Source: Candidatus Spongiisociaceae bacterium
GTDB lineage: Bacteria; Actinomycetota; Acidimicrobiia; Spongiisociales; Spongiisociaceae
Length of the DNA: 64,000 bases
Assembly (NCBI GenBank): GCA_965262915.1
Contig: OZ253564.1
Location: 3,520,001-3,584,000 of the forward strand
Reading direction: 5' to 3'
Shown: one piece after another, positions 19,396-28,922 of the stretch
Position numbering within the stretch: the first letter of the stretch is position 1
Layout: every line of letters starts with the position of its first letter
The notes under the pieces: generated by a model
What the model was told of the DNA's origin: nothing
Database searches by the model: none
What the model saw: the letters and a program-made list of their open reading frames with translations, nothing else
Translations under genes and position numbers: made by a program

Positions 19396-20199
19396 ATGGA
19401 TACAGGATTAGCTGGTAAAGCGGCACTGGTCACCGGTGGCGGAACCGGGATCGGGCTGGCAATCGCTTCGGCCCTGGCGGACGAGGGCGTGGACGTGGCC
19501 GTGGTGAGTCGCACCAACCGGCCGGAGGCTCTGGAGCTACTACGCGAGAAGGGGGTCCGTGCTTCCTGGTTCGGGACTGATGTAAGCAGCGAGGCCGACA
19601 TCGTCTCCAGCGTTGCTTCGATCGTCGCCGGCTTCGGGCGTATCGATCTGATCGTCAGCAACGCTGCGCACACCCACCACGAGCCGATCACCCGCATAAC
19701 TGCCGACAACTGGGAGACCACCCTGGGCACGAATCTGTCGGGGTGCGTGTTTCTGTGTCGCGAGGCACTGCGCCACATGATTCCTGCCGGTCGGGGTAGC
19801 GTCCTTGTCATAGGCTCCACAGCGGCCCATGTCCCATTGTACAAGGAGTCGGCGTACCGAGCGTCGAAGGCGGGACTCAAGGCCATCGTCGAAGTCATGG
19901 CGGTCGAGACCGCACCTTATGGCATCCGGGTGAACCTTCTCACCCCGGGCGCGTTTCCTACCGCGCTGCTCAAGGATCTCCCCGGTAGCCAAATCGACGG
20001 CAGATATTTCCCGATGGGTCGAATGGGACGGTTCGAGGAAATCGGAGCGGCGGCCGTCTTCCTCCTCTCCGACACTCTCAGCGGCTACACGACAGGCGCA
20101 GAGTTGGTCGTCGACGGCGGGTACCGACTCAGACCGATGGACCTGTACAGCACCGACGAGCTACGGGAACTCAACGCCGGTGATCTGCCGCGGACGTAG
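19396..20199 (+). CDS. SDR family oxidoreductase
   Basis: TGGGTGIG, SNAA, YRASK, VVDGG. Confidence 0.93.
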   Translation: MDTGLAGKAALVTGGGTGIGLAIASALADEGVDVAVVSRTNRPEALELLREKGVRASWFGTDVSSEADIVSSVASIVAGFGRIDLIVSNAAHTHHEPITRITADNWETTLGTNLSGCVFLCREALRHMIPAGRGSVLVIGSTAAHVPLYKESAYRASKAGLKAIVEVMAVETAPYGIRVNLLTPGAFPTALLKDLPGSQIDGRYFPMGRMGRFEEIGAAAVFLLSDTLSGYTTGAELVVDGGYRLRPMDLYSTDELRELNAGDLPRT

Positions 20200-20251
20200 A
20201 AGTGCTCTCTCCTGCTGTCTATGCCGAGGGGATCGCTGAAAGCTGCCTTCT

Positions 20252-20425
20252 CTAGCCGCCGTTGACGATCGCAGTGGTGACAACGACGGCTGTGGCGATT
20301 GCTGTCAGCATCGTACCGACTACCCACCGGATCAGCCTGTTTGTGGCTTGCTCGAAGCGCAATTCCGCAGTCGCCAGAACCTCCGCGGCCTTGGCATCAG
20401 CATAACCTTCGGTTGCAGCCGTCAT
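20252..20425 (-). CDS. Small protein with a C-terminal transmembrane helix (57 aa)
   Basis: MTAATEGYADAKAAEVLATAELRFEQATNRLIRWVVGTMLTAIATAVVVTTAIVNGG. GAAGGGA SD and its own promoter. Confidence 0.6.
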   Translation of the reverse strand: MTAATEGYADAKAAEVLATAELRFEQATNRLIRWVVGTMLTAIATAVVVTTAIVNGG

Positions 20426-20452
20426 GCTATCGCTTCCCTTCGGTGGCTCTCT

Positions 20453-20481
20453 ATCGTAAACTATCGGGTTGGTCATGTCAA
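20453..20481 (-). promoter_or_regulatory. Sigma70-type promoter of the small TM protein
   Basis: Minus strand TTGACA-17 bp-TACGAT. Confidence 0.6.
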
Positions 20482-20580
20482 CCCTGGGCCTACCCACCGA
20501 CGAGTACTTGAGCGCGACCCGTCGGCTTTCCATCACAAGTGCCGCGCTGCGGGACGGATGTCTGACGCAGAAGGGCCTCC

Positions 20581-21543
20581 TTACGTCAGCATGCGACGGT
20601 CCGACTCGAGCTTCATCAGTTCTCGGTCACGCCACTGCAGGTGGTCTTCTCGCCCGGAGGAGGGGAACCGGACTTCGAGATCTTCTGCCACTTGCTCGAT
20701 CACTTCCACGGTCCACGGATTGTCGCTACCGCGAGCCACCGCCATGCGCGCGTAGGCCGCTCCAACAGTCCGGGCGTGAGCACGGATTCCACCCCGCGTG
20801 TTCAACTCGGCGGTCGTAAGTGGCCCGATTATTGACCAGCGGCGCCCCAGCCCCTCGGTGACCACCCGGTCGAGATCGGCGGGAGCGATCACCCCGTCCC
20901 TTACCAGGCACAGGGCTTCCCGGAGGAGCGCTCCCTGGAGCCGGTTGAACACCAGGCACTCGATCTCGCGCTGGATCGTGACCGGGACCATCCCAGCCGT
21001 CGTCAGGAGGTTGAGGACGGACTCGACCGCGTCCGGATCGGTGAACGGAGCGGGGGCGACCTCCACCACTTTGATCAGGTACGGCGGGTTGCCGGGATGC
21101 ACGAGTAGACAGCGGGCCCGCCCTTCCAGATCCGAAGCAATGTCGGAAATCGTCATGCTGGACGACGAACTGGCCAGCGTTGTTCCGGCATCGGCAAGAG
21201 AATCGAGCCGCCTGAAGAGGTCTACCTTCAGATCGAGTGATTCAGGAACGCACTCCTGTACATGTGCGGCTCCCTCGACCGCCGAACGCAGATCAGCCCC
21301 GACGCCAACCCGGGCAACGACATCCGCGGGGTCATCATCCAGGAGACCGTGGTCGTCCAACTCCGCGAGGCGCAGACCAATCTCGGAACGTATAGCTCGG
21401 CGGCGTCCGGCGTCGGGCTCGAAGATGGCGACCTCAAGGCCTGCCCGGGCGAACGTGATCGCCCAGCCGATCCCGATCTGACCGCCGCCCACGATGGCGA
21501 TCCTGTTGCCGCTGATCCCCTCCGACCGGCTGCCGGGATCCAC
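20581..21543 (-). CDS. 3-hydroxyacyl-CoA dehydrogenase family (lambda-crystallin/carnitine dehydrogenase-like)
   Basis: GGGQIG, QECVPE, SSSSS, HPGNPP, NRLQGAL. Confidence 0.9.
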   Translation of the reverse strand: MDPGSRSEGISGNRIAIVGGGQIGIGWAITFARAGLEVAIFEPDAGRRRAIRSEIGLRLAELDDHGLLDDDPADVVARVGVGADLRSAVEGAAHVQECVPESLDLKVDLFRRLDSLADAGTTLASSSSSMTISDIASDLEGRARCLLVHPGNPPYLIKVVEVAPAPFTDPDAVESVLNLLTTAGMVPVTIQREIECLVFNRLQGALLREALCLVRDGVIAPADLDRVVTEGLGRRWSIIGPLTTAELNTRGGIRAHARTVGAAYARMAVARGSDNPWTVEVIEQVAEDLEVRFPSSGREDHLQWRDRELMKLESDRRMLT

Positions 21544-21553
21544 GTCGGTTATT

Positions 21554-22489
21554 TCACCCCAGGCCTAGCGAGACGACCAGGCCGTCGAGCTGGTCGATCA
21601 ACACCTTGATCTCCGACACCCGGCCCTGTCCTTCCGCCCCCAGCTCCGGGAAGGTCGTGAGCGGCGCCCTCACATCACCCATCGGGTGACCGACCAGCGC
21701 AGCCAGGGCCTTGGAGTAGCACTGGTGTCCGTAAGTGGGATGCCCGGCCGCGATGATGTGGTCGATCCGGTCGATCAGGCGCCAGACGGCACGAGCGTCG
21801 TCGATGCGACCCGCGTCGAGCAGCTCGAAGATGCGGCCCGAAGCCAGCGGCAGGTAGTTGCCATAGGGGTTGACGTACCCGATCGCGCCCAGCAGATAGG
21901 AGTCGACAACCCACTCCCCGGCGAACACCTTCATCCGTCCCTCGGAAACTTCTATCACCTCTCTCACGCGGGAGAGATGCATGCTCGACTCCTTGATGTA
22001 CTGGATGCTCTCCAGGTTGTTGCAGAGCCTCGCCACCAAAGCCGCCGACATGTCCACGTTCGAGGTGACGGGATTGTTGTACAGCATCACGGGAATGGAG
22101 ATCGCCTCGTCGATGGCCGCGTAGTAGTTGAAGATCTCGTCTTCGGTGGGGGTGTAGTAGTAGGGCGGGATGATCATCAGCCCGTCGGCACCCTGCGCCT
22201 CGGCCTCTCGGCTGTAGCGGACCGCGTTGGGCGTGTGGGCGTTCATGGTGCCGATGATCACGGGAATCCGACCGTTGATGTGGTTGACGTAGGTATCGAC
22301 GAGCAGGCGGCGCTCGTCGTCGTTCACCGCTAGGAACTCGCCCGTGCTGCCCAGCGCGATGACCCCCGGTACTCCGATATCCAGCTGCCAGTCGATGAAG
22401 TTCTTCAGCGCACCGACATCGATCGCCGAGCCATCCTGGGTGAAGGGAGTGACCGATACCGTGTAGCTGCCCCGAAACTCCTTGGTCAT
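21554..22489 (-). CDS. DapA-family class I aldolase/deaminase
   Basis: GSTGEF, PPYY, YNNP, IKESS (Schiff-base Lys). Confidence 0.92.
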   Translation of the reverse strand: MTKEFRGSYTVSVTPFTQDGSAIDVGALKNFIDWQLDIGVPGVIALGSTGEFLAVNDDERRLLVDTYVNHINGRIPVIIGTMNAHTPNAVRYSREAEAQGADGLMIIPPYYYTPTEDEIFNYYAAIDEAISIPVMLYNNPVTSNVDMSAALVARLCNNLESIQYIKESSMHLSRVREVIEVSEGRMKVFAGEWVVDSYLLGAIGYVNPYGNYLPLASGRIFELLDAGRIDDARAVWRLIDRIDHIIAAGHPTYGHQCYSKALAALVGHPMGDVRAPLTTFPELGAEGQGRVSEIKVLIDQLDGLVVSLGLG

Positions 22490-22499
22490 TGTTCCTCCA

Positions 22500-22585
22500 G
22501 TTGCCGGTTGCCGGTTGCCGTTGCCGGTTGTCCGTTGTCCGTTGTCCGTTGTCCGTTGTCCGTTGTCCGTTGTCCGTTGTCCGTT
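22500..22585. repeat. Heptamer tandem repeat: ~4x GTTGCCG, then 8x GTTGTCC
   Basis: Read directly; it abuts the SD of the DapA-family gene. Confidence 0.95.
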
Positions 22586-22711
22586 CGACTCTAACTTACC
22601 GATTCCTTGGCCGCTCGTACCGGTTACCGGGTGCCGGCACCGGAAACGTCTCCACCATTACCAGCGATCCCCGTGAGTTGAGCAACTCGTTCCTGGAGCA
22701 CCGACCACCGA

Positions 22712-24445
22712 TCAATCAATCGAAACCGATCCGGCCACCTCGGAAATGAATACGGGACGGATCGGGGCTTGGGGGGCGAATCCCGAGAACTCGTTGACCG
22801 GGATGCCACTTGCTTCTGCGGCGAGGGCCAGGACCGAGGGGCTGCAGTACCGTCCCTGGCACTTGCCCATCCCTGCCCTTGTAAGCCGTTTCACGGCGCC
22901 GGCCGTTTGGGCTCCGCCCGTGAACGAGGTGCGTAACTCCTCGACCGAGACCGACTCGCACCTGCATACCAGCGTGGTGTCCGTCGCCAACTCGGTTGTC
23001 AGGGGGCGAGCCCGGTACAGATCCTCCAGCTGGCCCTGGAACCGTAGATGGCGGCGTAGCAGTCTGCGCGCCTCGCTGAGGGACGACGGGCTCTCCTGAG
23101 CGTGAACGACCCCTAGGTCGGCTAGGACATCGGCGCCGGCCAATGTCCCCAACGAGCCGGCTACATACGCTCCCTTGACGCCCCCGGCGTCGCCCACTAC
23201 CCACACCGTATCGATGGAGGCACGGCCGCTAACGGTCCGGGTGGTGACCAGACTCCCCGATGCCTGATCGACGTGGTGGTCGCAGCCCAGTGCCCGGGGT
23301 ATCTCGTTGGCCGGTACGAACCCGTAGCCGAGACAGACCGCGTCGGTCTCCAACTCCCGCTCTGTTCCACGTATCCGGTTGCCCGACGGATCCAGCCGCG
23401 CCACCACCGCGGCTTCGACCCTCCCGTCTCCCAGGATCTCGATCACCGAACTCCGGTCCATCACCGGTACTCTCGCCCGGGCCAGGGTCACCCGGTAGCC
23501 GAGTCCCCTGCGGACCAGCTCCGGGGCCGAGAGGAGCATGCCGGTACCCGCGCGCCCGTTCATCCACCAACGCAGGTCGGCTTGCTCGACCAGAGCCGAC
23601 ACGGTGACACCGGCCCGCACCAGTTCCGCGGCCACCTGCATGTTGAGTGGGCCGTTGCCCGACAGCAGCACCCGTTCCCCGGGCGCCACCTGGCTCGAAC
23701 GGAGCAGGGTCTGGGCAGCGCCGGTAGTCATCACTCCGGGAAGCGTCCATCCTGGTAGGGGGACCGCCCGCTCGTTGGCTCCGGTCGCCAGCACCAAGCG
23801 GTCGGGGCGGAGGATCCACGAGCATCCATCGCTCCGAGCCATGAGAAGGTCAGGACGGAAGGCGCCCCAAACCGTCACCCCACTGATGACGAGAACCCCC
23901 GAGTCCCTCACCCTCGCCGCCAGCGCCCGTCCCGCCCGGTACTGCGCGTCGAGACGTGTCTCGTCGATATCCCGATTCGAGCCGGGCTGCTTGTAGAACT
24001 GGCCCCCGAGCTTGGAACGTTCGTCCAGCAAGACGACATCGACCCCCGCCTCGGCGATGGTCGCCGCTGCTGAGAGCCCGGCTGGTCCACCCCCCACGAC
24101 CAGGACCGACGGCGAGAGCTCACGTCTCTCTCCCGTCGACAAGGTCGGATCCGGTGGCGCCGGCCTTGCCGGTTGACGGCGTACGTCCATTCCCTCCCCC
24201 ACCCCGACCATGCAGGCCAGGTGCCCAGGTGAGCCGTCGACCATCACGGCACACTCGTGGCAGGCCCCCATGCCACAGAAGACCCCCCTATGGCTCCCAT
24301 CGCCGGCCTCCCGAAGGGCTAGATGCCCGGCTGCGACCAGCGCCGCCGCAACGGTGTCACCCGCGCCCGCGTCAACGGCCTGACCCTGATATAAGAACCC
24401 GACTGTCCCGGCCGGTCGCCCCACCCCCGGAACAGCAACGCGCAC
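22712..24445 (-). CDS. Fused 2Fe-2S + FAD/NAD oxidoreductase (HcnA-HcnB / OoxA / LhpEF-like)
   Basis: GVFCGMGACHEC...LAC, GGGPAG, LATGANER..LPGWTLPGV, CRCE, RAGMGKCQGRYC. Confidence 0.9.
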   Translation of the reverse strand: MRVAVPGVGRPAGTVGFLYQGQAVDAGAGDTVAAALVAAGHLALREAGDGSHRGVFCGMGACHECAVMVDGSPGHLACMVGVGEGMDVRRQPARPAPPDPTLSTGERRELSPSVLVVGGGPAGLSAAATIAEAGVDVVLLDERSKLGGQFYKQPGSNRDIDETRLDAQYRAGRALAARVRDSGVLVISGVTVWGAFRPDLLMARSDGCSWILRPDRLVLATGANERAVPLPGWTLPGVMTTGAAQTLLRSSQVAPGERVLLSGNGPLNMQVAAELVRAGVTVSALVEQADLRWWMNGRAGTGMLLSAPELVRRGLGYRVTLARARVPVMDRSSVIEILGDGRVEAAVVARLDPSGNRIRGTERELETDAVCLGYGFVPANEIPRALGCDHHVDQASGSLVTTRTVSGRASIDTVWVVGDAGGVKGAYVAGSLGTLAGADVLADLGVVHAQESPSSLSEARRLLRRHLRFQGQLEDLYRARPLTTELATDTTLVCRCESVSVEELRTSFTGGAQTAGAVKRLTRAGMGKCQGRYCSPSVLALAAEASGIPVNEFSGFAPQAPIRPVFISEVAGSVSID

Positions 24446-24481
24446 GTCGGTGCTCAGTCTCTCGGCGACCGGGTGGTCATC

Positions 24482-26026
24482 TCAGCCACCGTTCTTACGG
24501 CGGTAGGCACGCCAGGTGGTCGCCCACTTGTCCGGATCGTCAAGCCCCGACCCGACTATCCGGTGGATCGGCTGGTTGTGGGGGGAGGTCTTGACGAGAT
24601 CGGGATCGGTGCGGGCCTCCTCGCAGATGGCGGCCACCACATCGATCCAGTAGTCGAGGTCCTCGATGGACCACATCTCCCCGGCCTCCGGCGTGAACGG
24701 CTCCGGGACGAACCACGGCTCGTGGCTCATCCAGAAGGCGTCGACCCCGTAGTCGGTCATCCGGTTCGCGACATCAACTGTCGTGACGCCGGTCTCCTCG
24801 GTCAGATCCCCGAGGCTGTAGCGGGTCATCTCCATCCGGTACTTCTCGAGGTGCGGCAGCCCCTTGGTCACGCCCGAGATCTGCAGCAGGCGGGTCTCCA
24901 TATAGTTGTTGGCCAGCAACGAGAGATCGGCGCCTTCCTTGACCCCCGCCGCGCCCATCGCCCGCAGCCAGGCATAGGCCTTGACGATCACCGGGATGTT
25001 GCCCAGGTACTCGCGGACCTGCGTGCTTCCGGCGTGTCCCGGTACCTCGACCGTGTAACCGTCGTCGCCCTTTACCACCACCGGCGTGGTCAGGAAGGGG
25101 GCCAACTCGCTCGAACACCCGTAGGCGCCCACCGCGGGGCCTCCGCCTGCTTTCGGAGCTCCGAAAGTCTTGTGCAGCATCATCATGCAGGCATCGAACC
25201 CGAGTTCGCGGGCGCGGATCCTGCCCATGACCCCGTTGAAGTTGGCATGGTCGTAGAAGCAGAGCCCCCCGACCGAATGCACGATCTCGACCCACTCCTT
25301 TATGTGCGGGTTGTAGATGCCAATGTCGTCGGGGTTGTTGACCATGAGCGCCGCTGTCCGCTCCGACGCCACCGAACGGAGGGCCTCCACGGATGCATAG
25401 CCCTCCTCCTCGAGCGGGAGGGTGATTACATCGAAACCGGCCGCGGCGGCGGTCGCCGGGTTGCAGGGATGAGCCTGGGCGGTCGTGATGATCTCCCGTC
25501 GTTGAGCGAGGTCACCAGCCGCCTCGTGATAGGCGCGGGTCACCGTGGCGTGCAGGAAGGCTGCGTCGGCGCCTCCCCCCGGCTGGAAGACGAACTGGTC
25601 CATGCCGGTGAGATCGCGCAGCATACGGTCCAAGCCGTGGATTACCTCGAGTGTCCCCTGGAGGGTCTCGATGTCCTGGTCCGGGTGCGTGTCGGCCACG
25701 AACGGCAGGCGGGTCATCGCCTCGGTCAGCCGCGGGTTGTACTTCATGGTGCAGGTTCCGAAGAGGCTGATTCCCATCATCCCAAGGGTTTCCTGCGACA
25801 GGTGCAGGTAGTGACGGAGCACCTCCGGCTCGGACAGTTCCGGCAGATCGGCAGGCGTATCGCGCCGGACCGCCTCGGGCACCAGGACCGCGACATCCGC
25901 GGCAACGCCGTCGAACTCCGACTCGTCATCGGGGAACAGGACCGCGCGCCGACCCGGAGCCCCCATCTCCATCACCAGAGGCTCGTCCCAGACTGCTGTG
26001 TGGTATCTCCTCAAACCGTTGTTCAT
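24482..26026 (-). CDS. gcvPB: Glycine dehydrogenase subunit 2-like PLP decarboxylase (divergent)
   Basis: LPELSEPEVLRHYLHLS, GTCTMKYNP, LHKTF (PLP Lys), NNYM. Confidence 0.85.
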   Translation of the reverse strand: MNNGLRRYHTAVWDEPLVMEMGAPGRRAVLFPDDESEFDGVAADVAVLVPEAVRRDTPADLPELSEPEVLRHYLHLSQETLGMMGISLFGTCTMKYNPRLTEAMTRLPFVADTHPDQDIETLQGTLEVIHGLDRMLRDLTGMDQFVFQPGGGADAAFLHATVTRAYHEAAGDLAQRREIITTAQAHPCNPATAAAAGFDVITLPLEEEGYASVEALRSVASERTAALMVNNPDDIGIYNPHIKEWVEIVHSVGGLCFYDHANFNGVMGRIRARELGFDACMMMLHKTFGAPKAGGGPAVGAYGCSSELAPFLTTPVVVKGDDGYTVEVPGHAGSTQVREYLGNIPVIVKAYAWLRAMGAAGVKEGADLSLLANNYMETRLLQISGVTKGLPHLEKYRMEMTRYSLGDLTEETGVTTVDVANRMTDYGVDAFWMSHEPWFVPEPFTPEAGEMWSIEDLDYWIDVVAAICEEARTDPDLVKTSPHNQPIHRIVGSGLDDPDKWATTWRAYRRKNGG

Positions 26027-27423
26027 CAGCTCGTCACCTCTTCCAATGCACCGACAAGGCGGTCGATGTCGTCACGGGTATGGACCTCGGTTACGCAGTA
26101 AAGGGCGCTCTGTCCCAGGTCGGGGAAGTCGCCACTCAGGTTCCGCCCCCCGAAGATCCCCCTCTTCCTCAGCCGGCGGTTGATACCTGCCACCGTATTG
26201 CCGGTGTCGTCGAACCGGACGACGAACTCCTTGAAGAAGGCGGTCGGCCACTCGACCGACACCGCCGGGATCTCGCCGATGCGGCGGGCCGCGTAGTGGC
26301 TCCGTCGGAGGATGGCCCTGCCCAACTCCTCGAACCCGGTCGGACCGAGAACGGACATGTATACAGCGTTGGCGATAGTCCACAAGTAGACCGAGTTCCC
26401 GGTCCAGTCCTTGCCGTCCTCGCGGGAACCGTAGGAACTCTGGTGGAACAGGGTCAGCCCGAACGCCCGCTCCCCTTCTTCGGTCGTGTCGGTAATGCTG
26501 ATCTGAAGGGTCGGATACTCCCGGGCGTAGCGCTCCTCGTCCCGGGTGGCGATGAACCCTCCGACTCCGCCTCCGCCGTTCATATGGATGCCGAGAGGCT
26601 GGGTACTGCCCACCGCTATGTCGGCTCCGTAGTCGCCGGGTGCGGCGATCACTCCCAGTGAGATCGGATCGACACCGACGATGGTCTCGGCCCCCCGGCT
26701 GCGTGCCATCTCGGCCACCGAAGCAGCTCTGCCTTCGATCACCCCCAGATAGGCCGGGTTCTCGAAATAGACCGCAGCCACATCCCCGGTCAGCTTGCGA
26801 TCGAGGTCATCGAGATCCAGCCGGCCCGTGGACGGCTCGAACCCGACAGTCACCATTTCGATATGGCTCACCTGCTCGGGGAAGCCGCAGTAGGTACGCG
26901 CCACGTCGCGGCGCTGCGGGTCCATCAGGGCGGGAACCAGCACCCGGGCGCGCCCCGTCATCCGGGCAGCCATTCGTATGGCGTGACCCACGGCCGCCCC
27001 CCAGCTGTAAACCGGGAGTCCGACGAAGTCCATGCGGACCAGTTCGCCCAGCTGGCTGGCGAACTCGAACCACGCCTGGTTGCGACCCAAATCGGACGAA
27101 GGAGTTCCCCAAACCGAGGTCAGGAACTCGCTCCGGGTCCATATCTCGTCACAGATGGCGGGCACATGGTGCTGCCACGTGCCGCCTCCCAGGAAACTGA
27201 GGTTGTCCTCGCAGGTTTCGTTCTTGCCCAGGACATCGAGGAGATGCCGTTTCAGCGCCACCTCCGAACTGAGCGGTGAAGGAAGCTGGAACTGCCTTCG
27301 GGTGAAATGTTCATCAGGTATCTGCTCGAAGAGCCTGTCGACGCTCTCGGCGCCGATCGCTCCGAGCATGCGGTTCTTGGCCTCCTCGGTAGAGTTGGCC
27401 ATGTATGGGTGTGCTCTCGTCAC
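26026..27423 (-). CDS. gcvPA: Glycine dehydrogenase subunit 1-like protein (divergent)
   Basis: HPYMANS...LFEQIP, FLGGG..QHHVP, PGDYGADIAVG, CVTEVH. GTG start at 27423; TGATG overlap with gcvPB. Confidence 0.85.
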   Translation of the reverse strand: MTRAHPYMANSTEEAKNRMLGAIGAESVDRLFEQIPDEHFTRRQFQLPSPLSSEVALKRHLLDVLGKNETCEDNLSFLGGGTWQHHVPAICDEIWTRSEFLTSVWGTPSSDLGRNQAWFEFASQLGELVRMDFVGLPVYSWGAAVGHAIRMAARMTGRARVLVPALMDPQRRDVARTYCGFPEQVSHIEMVTVGFEPSTGRLDLDDLDRKLTGDVAAVYFENPAYLGVIEGRAASVAEMARSRGAETIVGVDPISLGVIAAPGDYGADIAVGSTQPLGIHMNGGGGVGGFIATRDEERYAREYPTLQISITDTTEEGERAFGLTLFHQSSYGSREDGKDWTGNSVYLWTIANAVYMSVLGPTGFEELGRAILRRSHYAARRIGEIPAVSVEWPTAFFKEFVVRFDDTGNTVAGINRRLRKRGIFGGRNLSGDFPDLGQSALYCVTEVHTRDDIDRLVGALEEVTS

Positions 27424-27616
27424 TCGATCAAACCTTCGGATCGCCTCTTCATCTGTCTCGAACCCCGTGCGGGGACCGTCGATGAGAAAGATACTGCAAA
27501 GGGCTCGCTGTGGGCCACCTCGAGCGGTCGAACCACCACCGCTCACTATAATTAGGGCTGGAGTCGGGAGGTAGGGGCTTGGTAAACCAGCCCGAGGCCC
27601 GCTGCCCCTTGCACCG

Positions 27617-28780
27617 ATGAACCACGAGATTCCCGCTACCGACCACGAGCCCACCCGCGGCGCGGCTTCCGCGCCCCATCCGGCGTGTCTCGGGCTCATC
27701 ATCAATCCGATCGCGGGAATGGGGGGGTCGGTCGGACTCCACGGCACGGACGGGAACAGCTACCGGAAGGCCGAAGCCCTCGGGGCTGCCCCGATCGCAG
27801 AGAAACGGGCCGTCCGAGCGCTCCACCAATTGGCCTCCGCCCTGCCCGACATCTCTGTATTGAGCGCATCCGGATCCATGGGCGAGAATTCAGCCCGCAC
27901 CGCCGGGCTCGATCCCGCGGTGATTCCGGTGCTGTCGGAACCCACCACCTCGAGCGACACGACTCACGTCGCACAGCTGATGAAGTCTGCGGGGGTTGCG
28001 CTGATCCTGTTTGCGGGCGGCGACGGGACCGCTCGCGACATCGTCGGCGAGGTGGGCGACGGGGTACCCGTGATCGGAATCCCGACCGGCGTCAAGATGC
28101 ACTCCGCCGTGTTCGGCAACACACCCGAGGCAGCAGGCTCGATGGCAGCCCGTTTCCTCAAGTCCCCGGACCAGGTGAGGCTGGTTCCCCGCGAAGTGCT
28201 CGATGCAGGCAGCGAGCCCGGGAAGGTCGCCGGGTTCTCAGTCGCCTCGGTCCCGTTCGTCCGAAACCTGCTGCAGCCGGGCAAGGCAACCGTATCCATC
28301 GGGGACGACGGCAGCATCGATCGGCTCGGAGCTTCCATAGCGGCTGCGATGACCCCCGAACACATATACATTCTGGGTCCGGGAACGACCGTGGCTCGTA
28401 TCCTCGAGCATCTCGACCTCGAGGGGACCCTTGCCGGCGTCGACGTAGTGCTCAACCGGGGTGTGATCATCGCCAACGCAAGTACCGCCCAACTTCTCGA
28501 GCTGCTCGCCACAGCCCGCCCGGCCACTGTCTACCTGGGCGTCATCGGGGGCCAGGGATTTCTCCTGGGCCGCGGCAACCAGCAGATCAGCCCCGAAGTG
28601 ATCCAGCGGGTAGGCGAGGACAACGTCGTGATCCTGGCCGGTGAGGGGAAGGTACGCCTTCTAGACCCTCCGGTCCTGAGAGTCGACACAGGGATCGAAT
28701 CCTCGAAACCGGTGATGCTGGGTTATCGCCGGGTTCATACGGCCCCCGGCAGGAGCATCGTCATGAAGGTGGTCTCCTGA
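27617..28780 (+). CDS. ATP-NAD/AcoX kinase family protein
   Basis: NPIAGMGG, FAGGDGTARD, GIPTGVKMHS, GGQGFLLGRGNQQ. Confidence 0.88.
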   Translation: MNHEIPATDHEPTRGAASAPHPACLGLIINPIAGMGGSVGLHGTDGNSYRKAEALGAAPIAEKRAVRALHQLASALPDISVLSASGSMGENSARTAGLDPAVIPVLSEPTTSSDTTHVAQLMKSAGVALILFAGGDGTARDIVGEVGDGVPVIGIPTGVKMHSAVFGNTPEAAGSMAARFLKSPDQVRLVPREVLDAGSEPGKVAGFSVASVPFVRNLLQPGKATVSIGDDGSIDRLGASIAAAMTPEHIYILGPGTTVARILEHLDLEGTLAGVDVVLNRGVIIANASTAQLLELLATARPATVYLGVIGGQGFLLGRGNQQISPEVIQRVGEDNVVILAGEGKVRLLDPPVLRVDTGIESSKPVMLGYRRVHTAPGRSIVMKVVS

Positions 28781-28922
28781 CCAATCGGTGTCCCGAGCCT
28801 GGCCCACCCGCTAGGACCGGTACCGGAGCCTCGCAGTGATCGCAGTATGTCGCCGCTCGGTAGACTTGAGGTCACCCCCGGTGGGTTGGCACCCTCCACA
28901 CTGCGCTTTGCCGATCGTCTGG

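Noticed and set aside
22712-24445. Bona fide hydrogen cyanide synthase operon
   Set aside because: No adjacent hcnC, and the context points to imino/amino-acid catabolism; the family match alone is insufficient.
24473-26101. Long antisense ORFs (542 aa here; also 49726-51192 and 59131-60360)
   Set aside because: Typical high-GC antisense shadows of motif-supported genes.
27424-27616. Glycine riboswitch upstream of gcvPA
   Set aside because: No recognisable tandem GGAGA...CCGAAG...CTCTCAGG aptamer pattern in the leader.
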